The translations under genes and the position numbers were made by a program. The notes under the pieces are model-generated. The model was not told the DNA's origin and did no database searches. It was given only the letters and a program-made list of their open reading frames with translations. A stretch of 64,000 nt of DNA. Origin: Iphione sp. A-MEVVRFRX5. Its lineage: Eukaryota. The first letter of the stretch is position 1. Every line of letters starts with the position of its first letter. The stretch is taken from NCBI GenBank assembly GCA_976226885.1, contig OZ320316.1:44144001-44208000 (forward strand), written 5' to 3'. Below are positions 24,708 through 36,699 of the stretch, one piece after another.

Positions 24708-26324
24708 ACTCCCCCCCAAACTTCCCGACAAAGTGAAAAATTCCCCACATGAATGAGCTTTTCATCCCATATCTAATGAAAAAACAAAAATAAAAGAAAT
24801 AACTTTTAGGAAAACCTTCCCTTCCCCCATAGTTTCCATCCTCCCTCCCTCCCCCCATTGTTTCCATCCCCCCTTCCCTCCCCCACCTTCCCAAAAGGAA
24901 AAGAAAAAAAATTTTTTTCAGAAAAATTTATTTTAAAGAAAAGCTCACTCTCCAGGCCCCACCCCTCTTCCATTCCCCCTTTCCAATGGGTCGAGAGGTT
25001 TGCACTCCGCTTTTTCACAGGGTGCACTGGCACCCTTGCCCTCTTGCATGGTCGCACCGGAGCCTTCTGACAGATTTTGTATAGCCACGTATCACACATC
25101 AATTTTCATTTTTTTGCATACTTCTCACAACACAAAGCAGGAATTATAATTATTATCACAGGATACACATTATACTAGTTAGCTGATGATGTTTTGAAGG
25201 AGGATTGTGTTTTCGGGCAAAGAGCATCTCAACTCCGAGAGGCCCCTCAGTTCTATTTCATTTAATCATGAACAATTTTTTTTTATGACAATGTATTAAA
25301 TGTTATGCCAGTATAACCTTGTACTGGTTATATCCCACTGAACTAAGTAAACAATCAATAAACAATCAAGTTTATCTTTTATGCTTCATGACTACCTTAC
25401 CCAATATAATACAGAAGTTTGACTTTGGGCCAGTGATTTCAGTGATGGCTCTTACCCCAGTCTTGATTGTAAAGTTTCTTTTTGCTCTAATTCCACGACT
25501 CTTGGTGCAAGATTGTTAACTTACCCGGTACTAATTCTTTGCATTTGGTACATATTTTGAGACAGTCATCTAGTTGTACACCAGTATAGCCTACCTGGTT
25601 TACTTTTGTAATGGTGCTTCCCCTGCTCTGCGTCTCAGCTTGATTATATTTTCATCTCAGTGGCTTTAAATTCCCAAGTTTTGTACCCTGACATCAAACC
25701 TTTCAAACCTTTGTACATCCTGATCATAGTTCAGTATGGTGTACACGTGGTACCGGTATGCAGTTTTCAGACCTACGGGATGGAAAGTCTCTTAGGAAGT
25801 TTAACAACTGACAAATTGCAAAACAGTTAAAAATATATTACGATGCAATGTTTGCAGAGTTTTCCAACTAGAACCGTGTTCCATGAGTGCATGTAAGCAG
25901 GGTGCGTGTGTGGGGAGAAATATCATCATACATGTATAAGAATGAACTAGTTCATTTCTACGAATGCATGTACAAAAAGTGCGATAAGAGTGCCTGCAGG
26001 GGAGATCGTTTAAAATGGGGAATGTCCACAAATTTCATGCACAATGCTGCAGAGAGGTGCATGAAATTAAGTTGCATATATAAGATATGATTTGAAGCAG
26101 GTCAGGACATGTGTGAACATATTTACATAAAGTCAGCTTAATGTGCATATATACAGTAGTGACCCACCAATGCATCCACCGATTGACCAGACGAATTTGC
26201 CCGCAGCTGCGGGTTTATCGCTTTTCTGAATGAAATGGTGGTTGAATATGTATGTATACATGTACAATGTAAGTAAGTAGGAGGTCAAACATCAAAGTGA
26301 AATTCCCCCCCCCCCTCTCTCTCT

Positions 26325-26339
26325 GTCTCTGTCTCTATT

Positions 26340-26395
<56 letters not shown>

Positions 26396-26396
26396 A
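26325..26396. repeat. (CT)n microsatellite
   Basis: Long ctctctct run after a poly-C tract. Confidence 0.95.
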
Positions 26397-27680
26397 CTCT
26401 CTTCCCAGTATATAAGACCAGACATATTTTGTTAAATGATCTGAACATTTATTATCTCAGCAAAGATGCCCGACTTCAATCAGATAGACCCTGAGCGGGT
26501 GTTGGGAGAGGGTTCGCCGATGTCCCCATGCCCACAGGAGGTGCAAACACATCGTATTTCCAGGTTAATTGCTTATTTAATTACATTGGTAGAGGGTTTG
26601 CAGGGTCCACGCCCACAGGAGTTGAGATTATATGAAACAAACCACGACCTGCGTATTGGTAGAAGGTTTTGCCAATGTCCCCACGCCTGCAGGAGGCGCA
26701 AACATACTGTGTTTCTGGGTTAATTGCTTATTTAAGTATGTGGTAACGGGGTGAGTTCCCCCCAGATGCAGGTTAGTCGTATTCTCAGTATGAATGACAT
26801 TAGATTATATAGAAAACACATTTGGGGCTAACGGGAATCACCTGTAGACACGGGTCACCTGCCTGATCTAGTTTCCCACGGGTCACTAATGTAAGTAGCA
26901 TAAAACTAAACACTTTTTCTAGTCAGCCAGTCGTTTCAAGAAATTTATGCAAAAAACCCACACAAGTAAAAAATTCATGCAAGAATCTAAAGAAATGTAC
27001 TGAAAAAGGCACAATTTAAATAGTTCTGGAGCAACTGAAAGGAATTTATGCAAACAAACTGCACAAAAATCTAATACACTCATGGAAATCCATCATCCAG
27101 AAGGCTTTGGAAACACAGCCCAGACAAGACTCATTTCTACATGCACTCCCCATGCACGTACCCAAACTGCATTCATGGAAATATAGCCTGTGTCATATTA
27201 AGTTGTTAAATCACACTCTCCTCTGGTATGCTGAAGCAAAAGAACAGAACCTTAGCTCTCCCTCTATTTGAAACTTTTCGAAATACTCCATAGCCTTTTT
27301 TACCAGGACTTATTCACTAGAAACTGCCCAACAGAACCAATTTTGTTATTATTACACCAGATGATTCGTTACATGGAATTTGTCATATACAAGATGAACT
27401 CGGAGTATTTGATTTAAATAGGGTAAATGGCATTCTGTCCACTCTACTTTTAGATGATTACCTTTTTGAGAATGCCGTCCTAAATTTGTTCTTTTCTAGA
27501 AAAAGAGAATGCTTGCAAACGTACAGTGTGACGTTCCTTCGCGGACACGTCTGGGATGCGGATGCATCCCAATGCAGATGATTTGAAAAAGAACCGATGT
27601 GTTTCCTATAGTTAACCATTATACACAGATGTCTTCAATGTGAACGCAAATTTTACAGAGCGTCCCCTTACGGACAGCTA

Positions 27681-27860
27681 GTGTTGTCGCCTGAATTTGG
27701 GGCTGCAGGGAGGCTCCAGATGTCATTTTCAAAGGTAGTCATGAATATAACCTGTGGATGATGTGTTGTCACATGAATGTGGGGCTGCAGGGAGGCTCCA
27801 GAAGTCACTTTCGTATGTAGACATGAATAAACCTTGTGGAAGAGGTGTTGTCACGCGAAT
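27681..27860. repeat. Tandem repeat, about 82-bp unit x about 2.2
   Basis: GTGTTGTC...TGGGGCTGCAGGGAGGCTCCAGA...CATGAAT repeated. Confidence 0.8.
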
Positions 27861-30053
27861 ACTAACAGATCTATGAACTGGCCATGTTTGAAATGCGGAT
27901 GATTTGACGCAGAATGCAGGGTGTCTGTAATCGGGACGTTTGACTGTACTTTATGTAGCATCAATAATCTCATCTCGATTTGAAGAAAACCTGGTAATGA
28001 GAGTATAACAAGTGAATTTAATCGGAAATTTCTGTACTTAACGAGCCACTGTAAAAAGCTTATTTTTTTGCCTGGCAAAGTGAAGTTCTAACTTCCTGTC
28101 AGCATCAAATCGTAATCATTCTATTCCCAAAATTCAATCAAGATCAACGAAAAATCTATAACTGGAGAAACATTTCCCTACTTAGTTTTGAATACAAGAA
28201 GCATCTATCATATCTCCTGAATTCAAAACAATTTTCTCTGATTACATATTTGCCTTTTATATTAGCATTAGGTCTCCTTGTTCAATACATAAAAGGCTTA
28301 ATTTCCTCAGGTGTATGTTTTAACAGGCATATGTTTTCATGGTTGTGTTGGCATGTTTTCATGGTGGGAGAATATCATTGGCATTGTGTATCAACAAGTG
28401 TAAATAACCAATTCTGCTGAAAAACAGCAAAATTCATGCAAATTTGGCCCCAAAAATGTACAATTCATGTAATTTTCACTGAAAAATAGCAAATTTATAC
28501 AGAGAAATGTGCAAATATGTGGTAACATGTGGAAATATGCTGCTTTGCATGAAACAGCTAACAAGGTTATGTCACTCTCACATTTCACCATGGGGTCACG
28601 GAAATTCGGAACTCTCCCAATCTGTAAACATGGCCCTATGGTCATGGAAACATGGCCATGTTTCCATGGCCCAAGGAAACCCTCATGTAAAGAAGCATAG
28701 TGAAACAAATCACTAAAATGAAGAAAGGAAATTCAGCTGAATTGCAGGGATTGGGGAAAAGGTAGGGAGAGGTGTGGGGACAGTAGTAGAGTGTAGCAGT
28801 GTCAAGAGAGGTGTGGGGATGGCAGTAGAGGATAGGAGCAGCGGGAGAAGTGTACAAATGAGCAAGCACTTCAATCAGAGGCCTTGTCTTTGCACTTAGG
28901 GAGAAGTTAGGAGATGGTAGGAGAGGCATGAAGGTATAAACCCACCGATTTGCAGCATAAACCCTGTAACACAGTGCTTAATTGAGCAAAATAATGTAGT
29001 TAGTAATAATGTTCTTAAAGCACTGTGCAAATGTAAAGTATACAGATAGAAGTACTTAAAGCAAAGCCTTGTACAACATACACAATGGTAACTAAAGATA
29101 CCAATGAAAATTTTCACAAGTACTTGTGTTTCTAGTAAAACAGCTCTACTTGACTTCTGTTATGTCAGATACTGTGTTCTTATCCATGAAGGCTTATTTG
29201 TAGAATGTTCAACAATGTACCTTTATCATCTAAATCTAATGAGGTACATTGGACAGTTGGCACTATGACGTCACCAGATGTAAAACCTAATGATGACTCA
29301 TTGTTCTACCCTTGTAAATTAATGGTTGTTTTTGAGAATGTACAATATTTGTGGGTAGTTTTATTTAAAGATTAGGTATTTAAGACAAGCACTTCGATAT
29401 TCTCATCAGAGCTGCAACATTGATGCTGGAAGTGTTGTATGCTGTTTCAGAATAAAGGCTGGCAAATTGGACTTGCTAGTGTGGTGTTCAATCTGTGTTA
29501 CAACCTGCTGATGCTGGTCATGGTGACACCTCTGGTTGCACCTAGACAATGAATATCCCTGTAACACCTTGAGTTTAGACATCTGAGGGGTCGTGTGACA
29601 GTGCAAGATGTTTGGATTTCAAATATGTGCATTAAGTTAGATGAGTTCGGTTATAGTAGGAAAGGGTTTGTCCCAGTGTAAACTGTTTGCATTTTGGATT
29701 TTTCGGATTTGGAGCGTTCAATTTCGGAGAATCGTCTATATACTGACGATTATCTTACAGTATTTGTTGAAGGCCCAGCAGAGATTGCCTCTCTGGATTC
29801 TTTTGGAACCACAGCTGGCACAGACCAAAAAGCTTCTAAATTTGTAGGGTTGCTTATTGGTAAATTTAATACTGATGGGAATGAGTTTTGCGTATGATAG
29901 GTGAATATATTCCTGGTAAAAGATACAATGAAATGAAATGAAACAACACCGTAGGTTGAGTACGGTACTGCAAAATGAGTTCCTGAGCTTGGACCATCTC
30001 TGCTTGGTTGTATTCTCTTTACTCCACCATTATTTAGGGAAAAATAGAATTAA

Positions 30054-32917
30054 CCCTATAGCGCCGGCTTGTATCCCCAGGGATACACCGTATATGCCGG
30101 CTTGTATCCCTGGGGATACATCCGTGTGGTGCCGGGATGTATCCCTGAGGATACATACATACATTGTTTAGTATGATATAATTATTCTTAAATATACCAA
30201 CAGGTGAAGGGTTTATATTGGGAGATTATTGGAAAATATCATTTTCTATGAATATTTCTTACATTTTCGTAGTAGATAGGTCTTGAGAAGCCTAACCACA
30301 AGAGAATATTTGTAATTATTTGTTTCGTATTGGTTTGCTGGATGACTAGCAGCCGACATTGCGTGTTTTTGTGCCACAGTTCATTGAATAGGGAATCTAT
30401 CATGGAGAATGAGGACGAATTTGACTCTGATGATGGTATTAGGGTTGAAGACATGCCAGATGAATTAAATCGGATTATTGATGGACAGTCCAGCTCTGAG
30501 GATGATTCAGAAGTGACAGATGACAACAACGACAGTGAATATGAAGACGATGATGTGGCATTCACTGAGCTGCTCGCAGTTACCCAAGACCAAATAGATT
30601 ACAGTGGATGGCATACCCTGAAGGCAGGAATAGATGATCCTACACCGAACATTGTATTTGATGAAGCAGAATGTGGTGTGGCCAATGATAGTGGTTTAGA
30701 TGAAACTTCAAGTCCCCTCAGTGTATTTTCACTGTTCCTTACTGTGGATCTCCTGAACATGATTGGAAGAGGAACAAATCAACGTGGCGCTGTTGATGGA
30801 GCTACAAGTCGCACATGAAAAAGTGGGTTGAGATGACAGTAAATGAACTGAAACGTTTTCTTGGACTTGGACTACTGATGGGAATCGACAGGAAACCATC
30901 ACTAAGGAATTATTGGTCTGACTGTGTTTACCTGATGGCACCCATTTTCCCCCATGTAATGACTCGTGATCGGTTCTTGAGTATCCTCAGGTGAGATATA
31001 ATTTTTCAGCATTATATGTGTATGTAGAAATGTGAATTACATGTCACTTTATGCATTTTTTCAACAATAGTCACAAATTTCAGTGAATCTAATGTATTCA
31101 TGTCTTTCTTTTATCACTGTTTACAGACATTTGGCATTATGTGATGCAGAGAGTGTTGCAGACGGTGTACGAGCCCCATTCCACCCGTTATGGAAAATAA
31201 TGAAAATCATCGATGCCTTCAACTCTGCTGCAAAGAAATGGTATAAACCCAAACGAGAGATGTCGGTGGATGAAACTATGGTTTCATTTAAAGGAAAAAT
31301 CTACTGCAAACAGTACATGCCCAATAAGCCCCATAAATGGGGGCTTAAGATGTGGACATTGGCAGAGGCAGCTACTGGTGAGTATGAAGTAATTTATATG
31401 GTCATATTACATATGTATAAATGTGGTGTAAATCAAAAAATTACATTTTGTGTATATTTCTTCAAAATAGCTACATTTATATAAAATACTTAGAGAGATA
31501 TTCTTTTTCTGCAGGTTATGTCTCTCAGTTGTTACCCTACTATGGGAAGGAGCCTCGACATGGTCTACCCCTGGCGGAATTCGTAGTGTCAAAAATTGTT
31601 CACATGGCTGGTGTCACTGGTAAAGGAATAAGACTTTACATGGATAATTTTTTCACAACTGTTCCTCTCTTCAAAAAAATGTATGATTTAGGCATTTACT
31701 GTTGTGGCACTGTACGCAAAAATCGCCGTTTTCTCCCAAGGAATGTCATGAAGAAAAACCCAGTATGTCTTGGCAAAGCTAGGGGATCTATGAAATTTTT
31801 TCTAAGGGTGTTCTCAAACTGTTTGCATGGAGGGATAACAAAGTGGTCCATCTTTTATCTACTTGTCATGGAACTAAAATGGAAGAAACCTCTCGTGCTG
31901 GCAAAGACCCCAAGACAGGAAAGTTTAGCAAAGTAAATATTCAGTGTCCCACTGCAGTGACCCAATACTCAAAATTCATGGGTGGGGTTGACCTATTCGA
32001 CCAATACATTCAATATTATATACATAACAAGAAAACAATTCGCTGGACATTGAAAATTTTCTGGTTTCTTTTGGAATTGATGAAAGTAAATTCTTACATT
32101 ATGTACAAGTCCCTCCACCCTAACAATGCTAAAATGAGCTTTTTGGATTTTTCTTTGAAACTGATTGATGAATTGGTTGGAGGTTTGCCTGTATCGATCA
32201 TTGACAATCCAAGACAACGAGAAAAAAAATCCAGAATAACAAGATTGCATTCACGATGCATGCCAGGAACCCTCCCAAGGAAAGCTCGTTGTAAAGTCTG
32301 TTACATGAGATATTCTGCAGGGCTGGGTGTTAAGCTGGGACAAACTAAATATGGGTGCGAATCTTGTGGAGTACATCTGTGTCTCCCGACCTGTTTCACC
32401 ATATATCACACCCGGCGTGATATAATCGGATTTGACCTAGAGGAATGAGCAGCACTGAAAAAACAATGTCTGACTTGCATGTTCATAAAAAAAGATCAGA
32501 ATAAATGTATTATCAATTACCTTCAATCTCTGTGTCTTTAGTTTGTACCGTAATCCTCATATTGATATTGATCTTGAGCATCATTCGATGACTAGTGTTA
32601 ACACCGTTGGACAAAAATGTAACGTCACCATACTTTTTACGAGTATACATACCACACGTTTCCAGTTTCCTCCTAAGTAATGATTAAAAAGTCTAAAACA
32701 GACAACATAAGGCCAATGATTAATATATATTCTACGTTTCCCAATTCATTTTATTCAGCAAAACCACATATTTTCTCTTAAAATCGATGCAAATTCAGCA
32801 TGACGTGCAGGCGGCCACAAGCATGACCGCAGACTGCCCGGCGCCAACAGTGCGTCACGTCACAATAGGCCCCGGCATTAGTGTCCCGCTCTCTCACCAG
32901 GTGCAGGCGCTGTAGGG
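30054..32917 (+). mobile_element. Full-length piggyBac-like DNA transposon (2864 bp)
   Basis: TTAA at 30050-30053 and 32918-32921. TIRs CCCTATAGCGCCGGC and (reverse complement) CCCTACAGCGCCTGC. Internal transposase. Confidence 0.95.
30342..32448 (+). pseudogene. piggyBac (PGBD4-like) DDD transposase with two spliceosomal introns (30991-31126, 31378-31514) and two frameshifts (about 30810 and 31796-31801)
   Basis: Acidic N-terminus, SPLSVFSLFLT, ELKRFLGL, YWS, MTRDRFLSILR|HL, SVDETMVSFKG, YMPNKPHKWGLK, YMDNFFT, GTVRKNR, WRDNKVVHLLST, YSKFMGGVDLFDQ, and a C-terminal Cys-rich domain RCKVC...YGCESCGVHLC...CFTIYH. Both GT-AG introns keep the frame. Confidence 0.9.
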
Positions 32918-33311
32918 TTAATATGATGAGATTGATAAATGCAGACTTTTTTTAGATGAAAGGTTTGTGCAAATAGCATCACCTGCTCTAAAACCAAATG
33001 TTTATCGCTATGTTTTTTTAGCTTTTGCACGTCCAAAACGATCCACTGAGCATGGACACTCAAATAAAAGTTAATTGACTTCCTGTTTTGAAAATATGAC
33101 TCTCTGCAGTAAAAGCCTTCATTTCAATAGAAATATACGTCAAATGGCTTAAACAGATGTCTAGGAGGGTGTTAAATTTAAGTTATTCTGTTCATAATTT
33201 TGCTGGAAACGGCTTTTTTTAATAGCAATTCTTTATTAAAAAAACAAATTGACAAGCGGCTACCATTTTACATTAGTGAGTATAGAATGAAATCTGACCC
33301 CATGAACTGTG

Positions 33312-33473
33312 CAGGCCCGTAGCCAAGGGGGTATCGGGGGTATCGTCCGATACCCCACAAAAACATTAATGCTAATAAGCTTTTATAAAGGTGAAAAAAA
33401 AGATTGGTTCCACATGTAGGTTATTGGGGGCATCTTCTGATACCCCCCAGAAAATTTCCTGGCTACGGGCCTG
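33312..33473. mobile_element. 162-bp MITE with perfect 14-bp TIRs (hAT-like termini)
   Basis: CAGGCCCGTAGCCA ... TGGCTACGGGCCTG, with CTGTG directly on both flanks. Confidence 0.8.
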
Positions 33474-36400
33474 CTGTGTCGTACACATACAATGTACCAC
33501 CTCACCATTTTGGTACACAATGACAAAAAATCATTTGTGGAGTTGGTGTACAAGGTCACGTGTACCACAGTGGGTTGGAATGAATCAAAGTAGATCTGTC
33601 CCATAGTAATAATATAGATTTCGTTGCAGGAAACAAACTATTATCATACTGAAAACATTTTTTCAACTGTATACAACCAGTGCAGGTGCCAAAGGTGCTT
33701 ATCTTAATCATAGATTCAATGAACCCATCGCCAGACGTCGATATATCCAAGTACAATGCCTTTTTTTGCCTTTTGTGATGTTTTAATAGAGAGGTGTTTG
33801 TAACCGTCCAAGGAAGAGTCAATTTTGCTCCTACTCTGAAACATTATAGACATAACAACAGAACTGTTGGTCACAACGGAAGTTGTCTTTTTATGGGTGA
33901 AGTCACCCTGTCTAGTTCCTTAGTTACTTCTGTTTTGCAGTATCTGTTTCATAAATGCAGAACAACTCCGAAGTAGTCTTACATTTTAATAAAATATTTC
34001 CTTTTATCTGGGGGTAATAATACACTGACGATCACTGTTGCTTATGCATGACTGTATTAGAATTATGACTGTCACATGTCATTATGTGGTTATATAAATG
34101 TATAGACATTAAATCTCTTGAGAACATGGTGAGGCATCTACATGTATATTTATTTTCAAAGTATATGAGAAAGTGCAGTACAATGATACTGTGACTAGAA
34201 ACCTTTTTTTAAAATTTTAAACATTGTATGTTACTGTAGTGAAAGTATGACTGTCACATTGTGATGGGTGGGCATGGCAATTGACAATATAGTAATGAGT
34301 CAATTGTACACTGGTCCTTTGTATATAATGTAGACTTGTGGGTCTGCAAATAAACAAGATCCACAAACAGTCCCAGTTTCAAGTCTGTTTAATGCTGACA
34401 CAGCACTTCAATATATAGAGAATCATGGTAACATGCAGGTATAACCAATCAAAAGTAGGTATAGAATGTCTCCGATACAATGTATCACTCTTAAGTCAGA
34501 TAGAACATTATAAGCCATTCAGGAGAGGCCAGAATGCTACAATGTATCTCCTAAATTAGGTGATTTTTGGTGTTACTGATCTCTTAGAAATCTCCTAATA
34601 AGATGCACTTCCTAATATGGTAATGCAAGTGGCCACCAATGATGGCACAGCAGTTTGCACTCACTGATCCATACTATATAGTATATATGGTAGTGCCACA
34701 GGACTGCACTCACTGACCCCAGCTAGATACACATGCACTCCAGTGCTACTCCCTGCCAGTGATTGGTGTACTCAATGAAGTCAGTCCCTTTGTGTGGTAC
34801 CATGTAAGTGCACTCAGTGACCCTTGCCCTATTTCCTGCCAATAGGCAGTGTACCTAATGAATTCTCTCACGCTGGTTATCATACAGAATAGTAAATGAA
34901 CTATCATTTGCTATAAAATAACTTTCCCCCTCAGATTCTAATATTAATTCGATATGACCAAAGGATCTATGCATAGTATACAAAACATCTTATTATGAAA
35001 TAAAAGTGTTACCATGATGGGTGTTACCATTGAAGATGTGGAAATCAGACTATTTCTCTTAGCCCATTTGTCTTCCTACCATATCACCACAAAATGTGGC
35101 ATGACATGGAAACAGGTTATTGGCTCCTTGTCCACCTATTCTTTCAAATATACACCGGATGTTTGATGCCAGTGACTTCCAGGTATTTAGCGTGACTGAA
35201 AATTTGTTAAGCAGCTTGACCCAAAACCTACAACTTGATGTCACTGACTATTCAACAGGACTAACTGATGGTGTCAACTAGCGCATATAAGAAAGGCGGG
35301 AGAATTTTCAGCTATATGAAATCTAAAATTGCACACAGGGGACTACCACAGCATAATATAAATGGTATTTAAATAGACGATTGCTATGTTCCCTTCTCAT
35401 TGGAAAAAGCCATGGTCTCCAATTAAGATCCATGGTTTGTATAACCATAGCATAGTATAAATGATAGCGATACGAGACGACAATGGATTTTAATAAAATC
35501 AGGCAGGCAGGGGAACATACTATTTGGAATTGATCTCGTTCTCTCGCCCTATATACTTTTCTTTCGCTTTCTATGTACTCTTTCACTCTTTTCGTCAAGT
35601 TCTCTCCTTCTCATGCTCTTCTCTCCATATATCTCCATTTTCCCCTCCCCTCTTCTTTGCCTCAATCTCCCCTATTTCTACCAGAGTCCCTCCTTACTCA
35701 TCTCTCTCCTTTTCTTTCTCCTTGTTTGTCCCATCTCTATTACCTATCAATTATTCTCTTTTCTGCAGTGCGTTGGGACCAACCTGAATTTTCAAATTGC
35801 TCCCAGTCATGAACACTTTATAATTTACCCTTTCATTGGTTCACTGGACCTTTAGAATGTAATGAACTAGAGTGGAAGCACTTACATTAATTGACACTGA
35901 AATTGCTACCTACCGTCAGATTATGGGGCGCAATGATAGAATAGCAACTAGAGATCAAGCCGAACCTTGAACCTTTTCCTAACTCTGTGATAGATAAACA
36001 AAAATATGACTTTTCCCGGCTGAAACTGTATTATTTATGTATTAATCAGACAATAAAACATGCGAGAAGTGGCAATAATCATTGTGTGGAAATTTGCCAA
36101 AACATGTTTACAAATTTTACCCTTACAGCTAAATAGGTGGTATCTAATATTGCAGGAGCCTGACAACTTTTTCACCGATATACATAGCGTCAGCCGTCAT
36201 ATTCCTTCTATAATAGATCAAGAGAGATACGTTTTAAGCAATGTTCAGGTAGACCCTACAAAACGCCCCTCTGTCTAGAGCATGGATAAATATAGAATGA
36301 GCGAACACTTGGCCCGGCTATCTCTCGTACGTACTCTTGGCTGGCGGGGTTTTACCGTAAAGTGGCTGCTTGTGAAGTGGAAGAATAATTCCTGGATGTA

Positions 36401-36699
36401 TCCTATATGCATATACGCCTCAGAAATACAACACACTAAATAGATATCAAGGGAAACGAAAATTCTCCGTTAGAAGTAAATAGGTCCTGTGCCAAAATTT
36501 AGTCCTGTCGTTGAGTGTTTACAGCGCTGCTGGAAGAAACCATGCTCACCCACCATTCCTAGCTGAGAGCTCTCGACTCCGAAACGACTCACCTACACTC
36601 TCTCACACGCGTCTCCTCATGTTTCCTCGACGTTGCTGACGAGTGGAATGAGCATTTCAAAGTTCTGAGCTGTAACGAGATTGGGGTCGCTAGTCAAAA

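Larger units (their letters stand above)
22060..25070 (+). mobile_element. Penelope-like retroelement (Neptune-type), near full length but defective
   Basis: N-terminal VHNLS*...LLSRGLTFCP and DLDHFHRLL; RT motifs RPIVSG, LVTCDVVALYTNIP, KGTAMGTRVAPTYANLYM, WKRFIDDVF, FLDV; HPYSCKKSIPYSQF; Cys linker; GIY-YIG IIYCITCKRCRAKYVG. Stops and frameshifts in the 5' half. The left boundary is approximate. Confidence 0.95.

Noticed and set aside
29694-29897. Short ORF ending at the SINE-tail fragment, considered as a LINE ORF2 C-terminus
   Set aside because: It has a TTG start with an upstream stop and no LINE C-terminal motif; several frames are open here, so it is uninformative.
36450-36480. Heat-shock element in the USP promoter
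   Set aside because: Only a two-unit GAAaaTTC; the next GAA is out of register for a perfect or gapped HSE.
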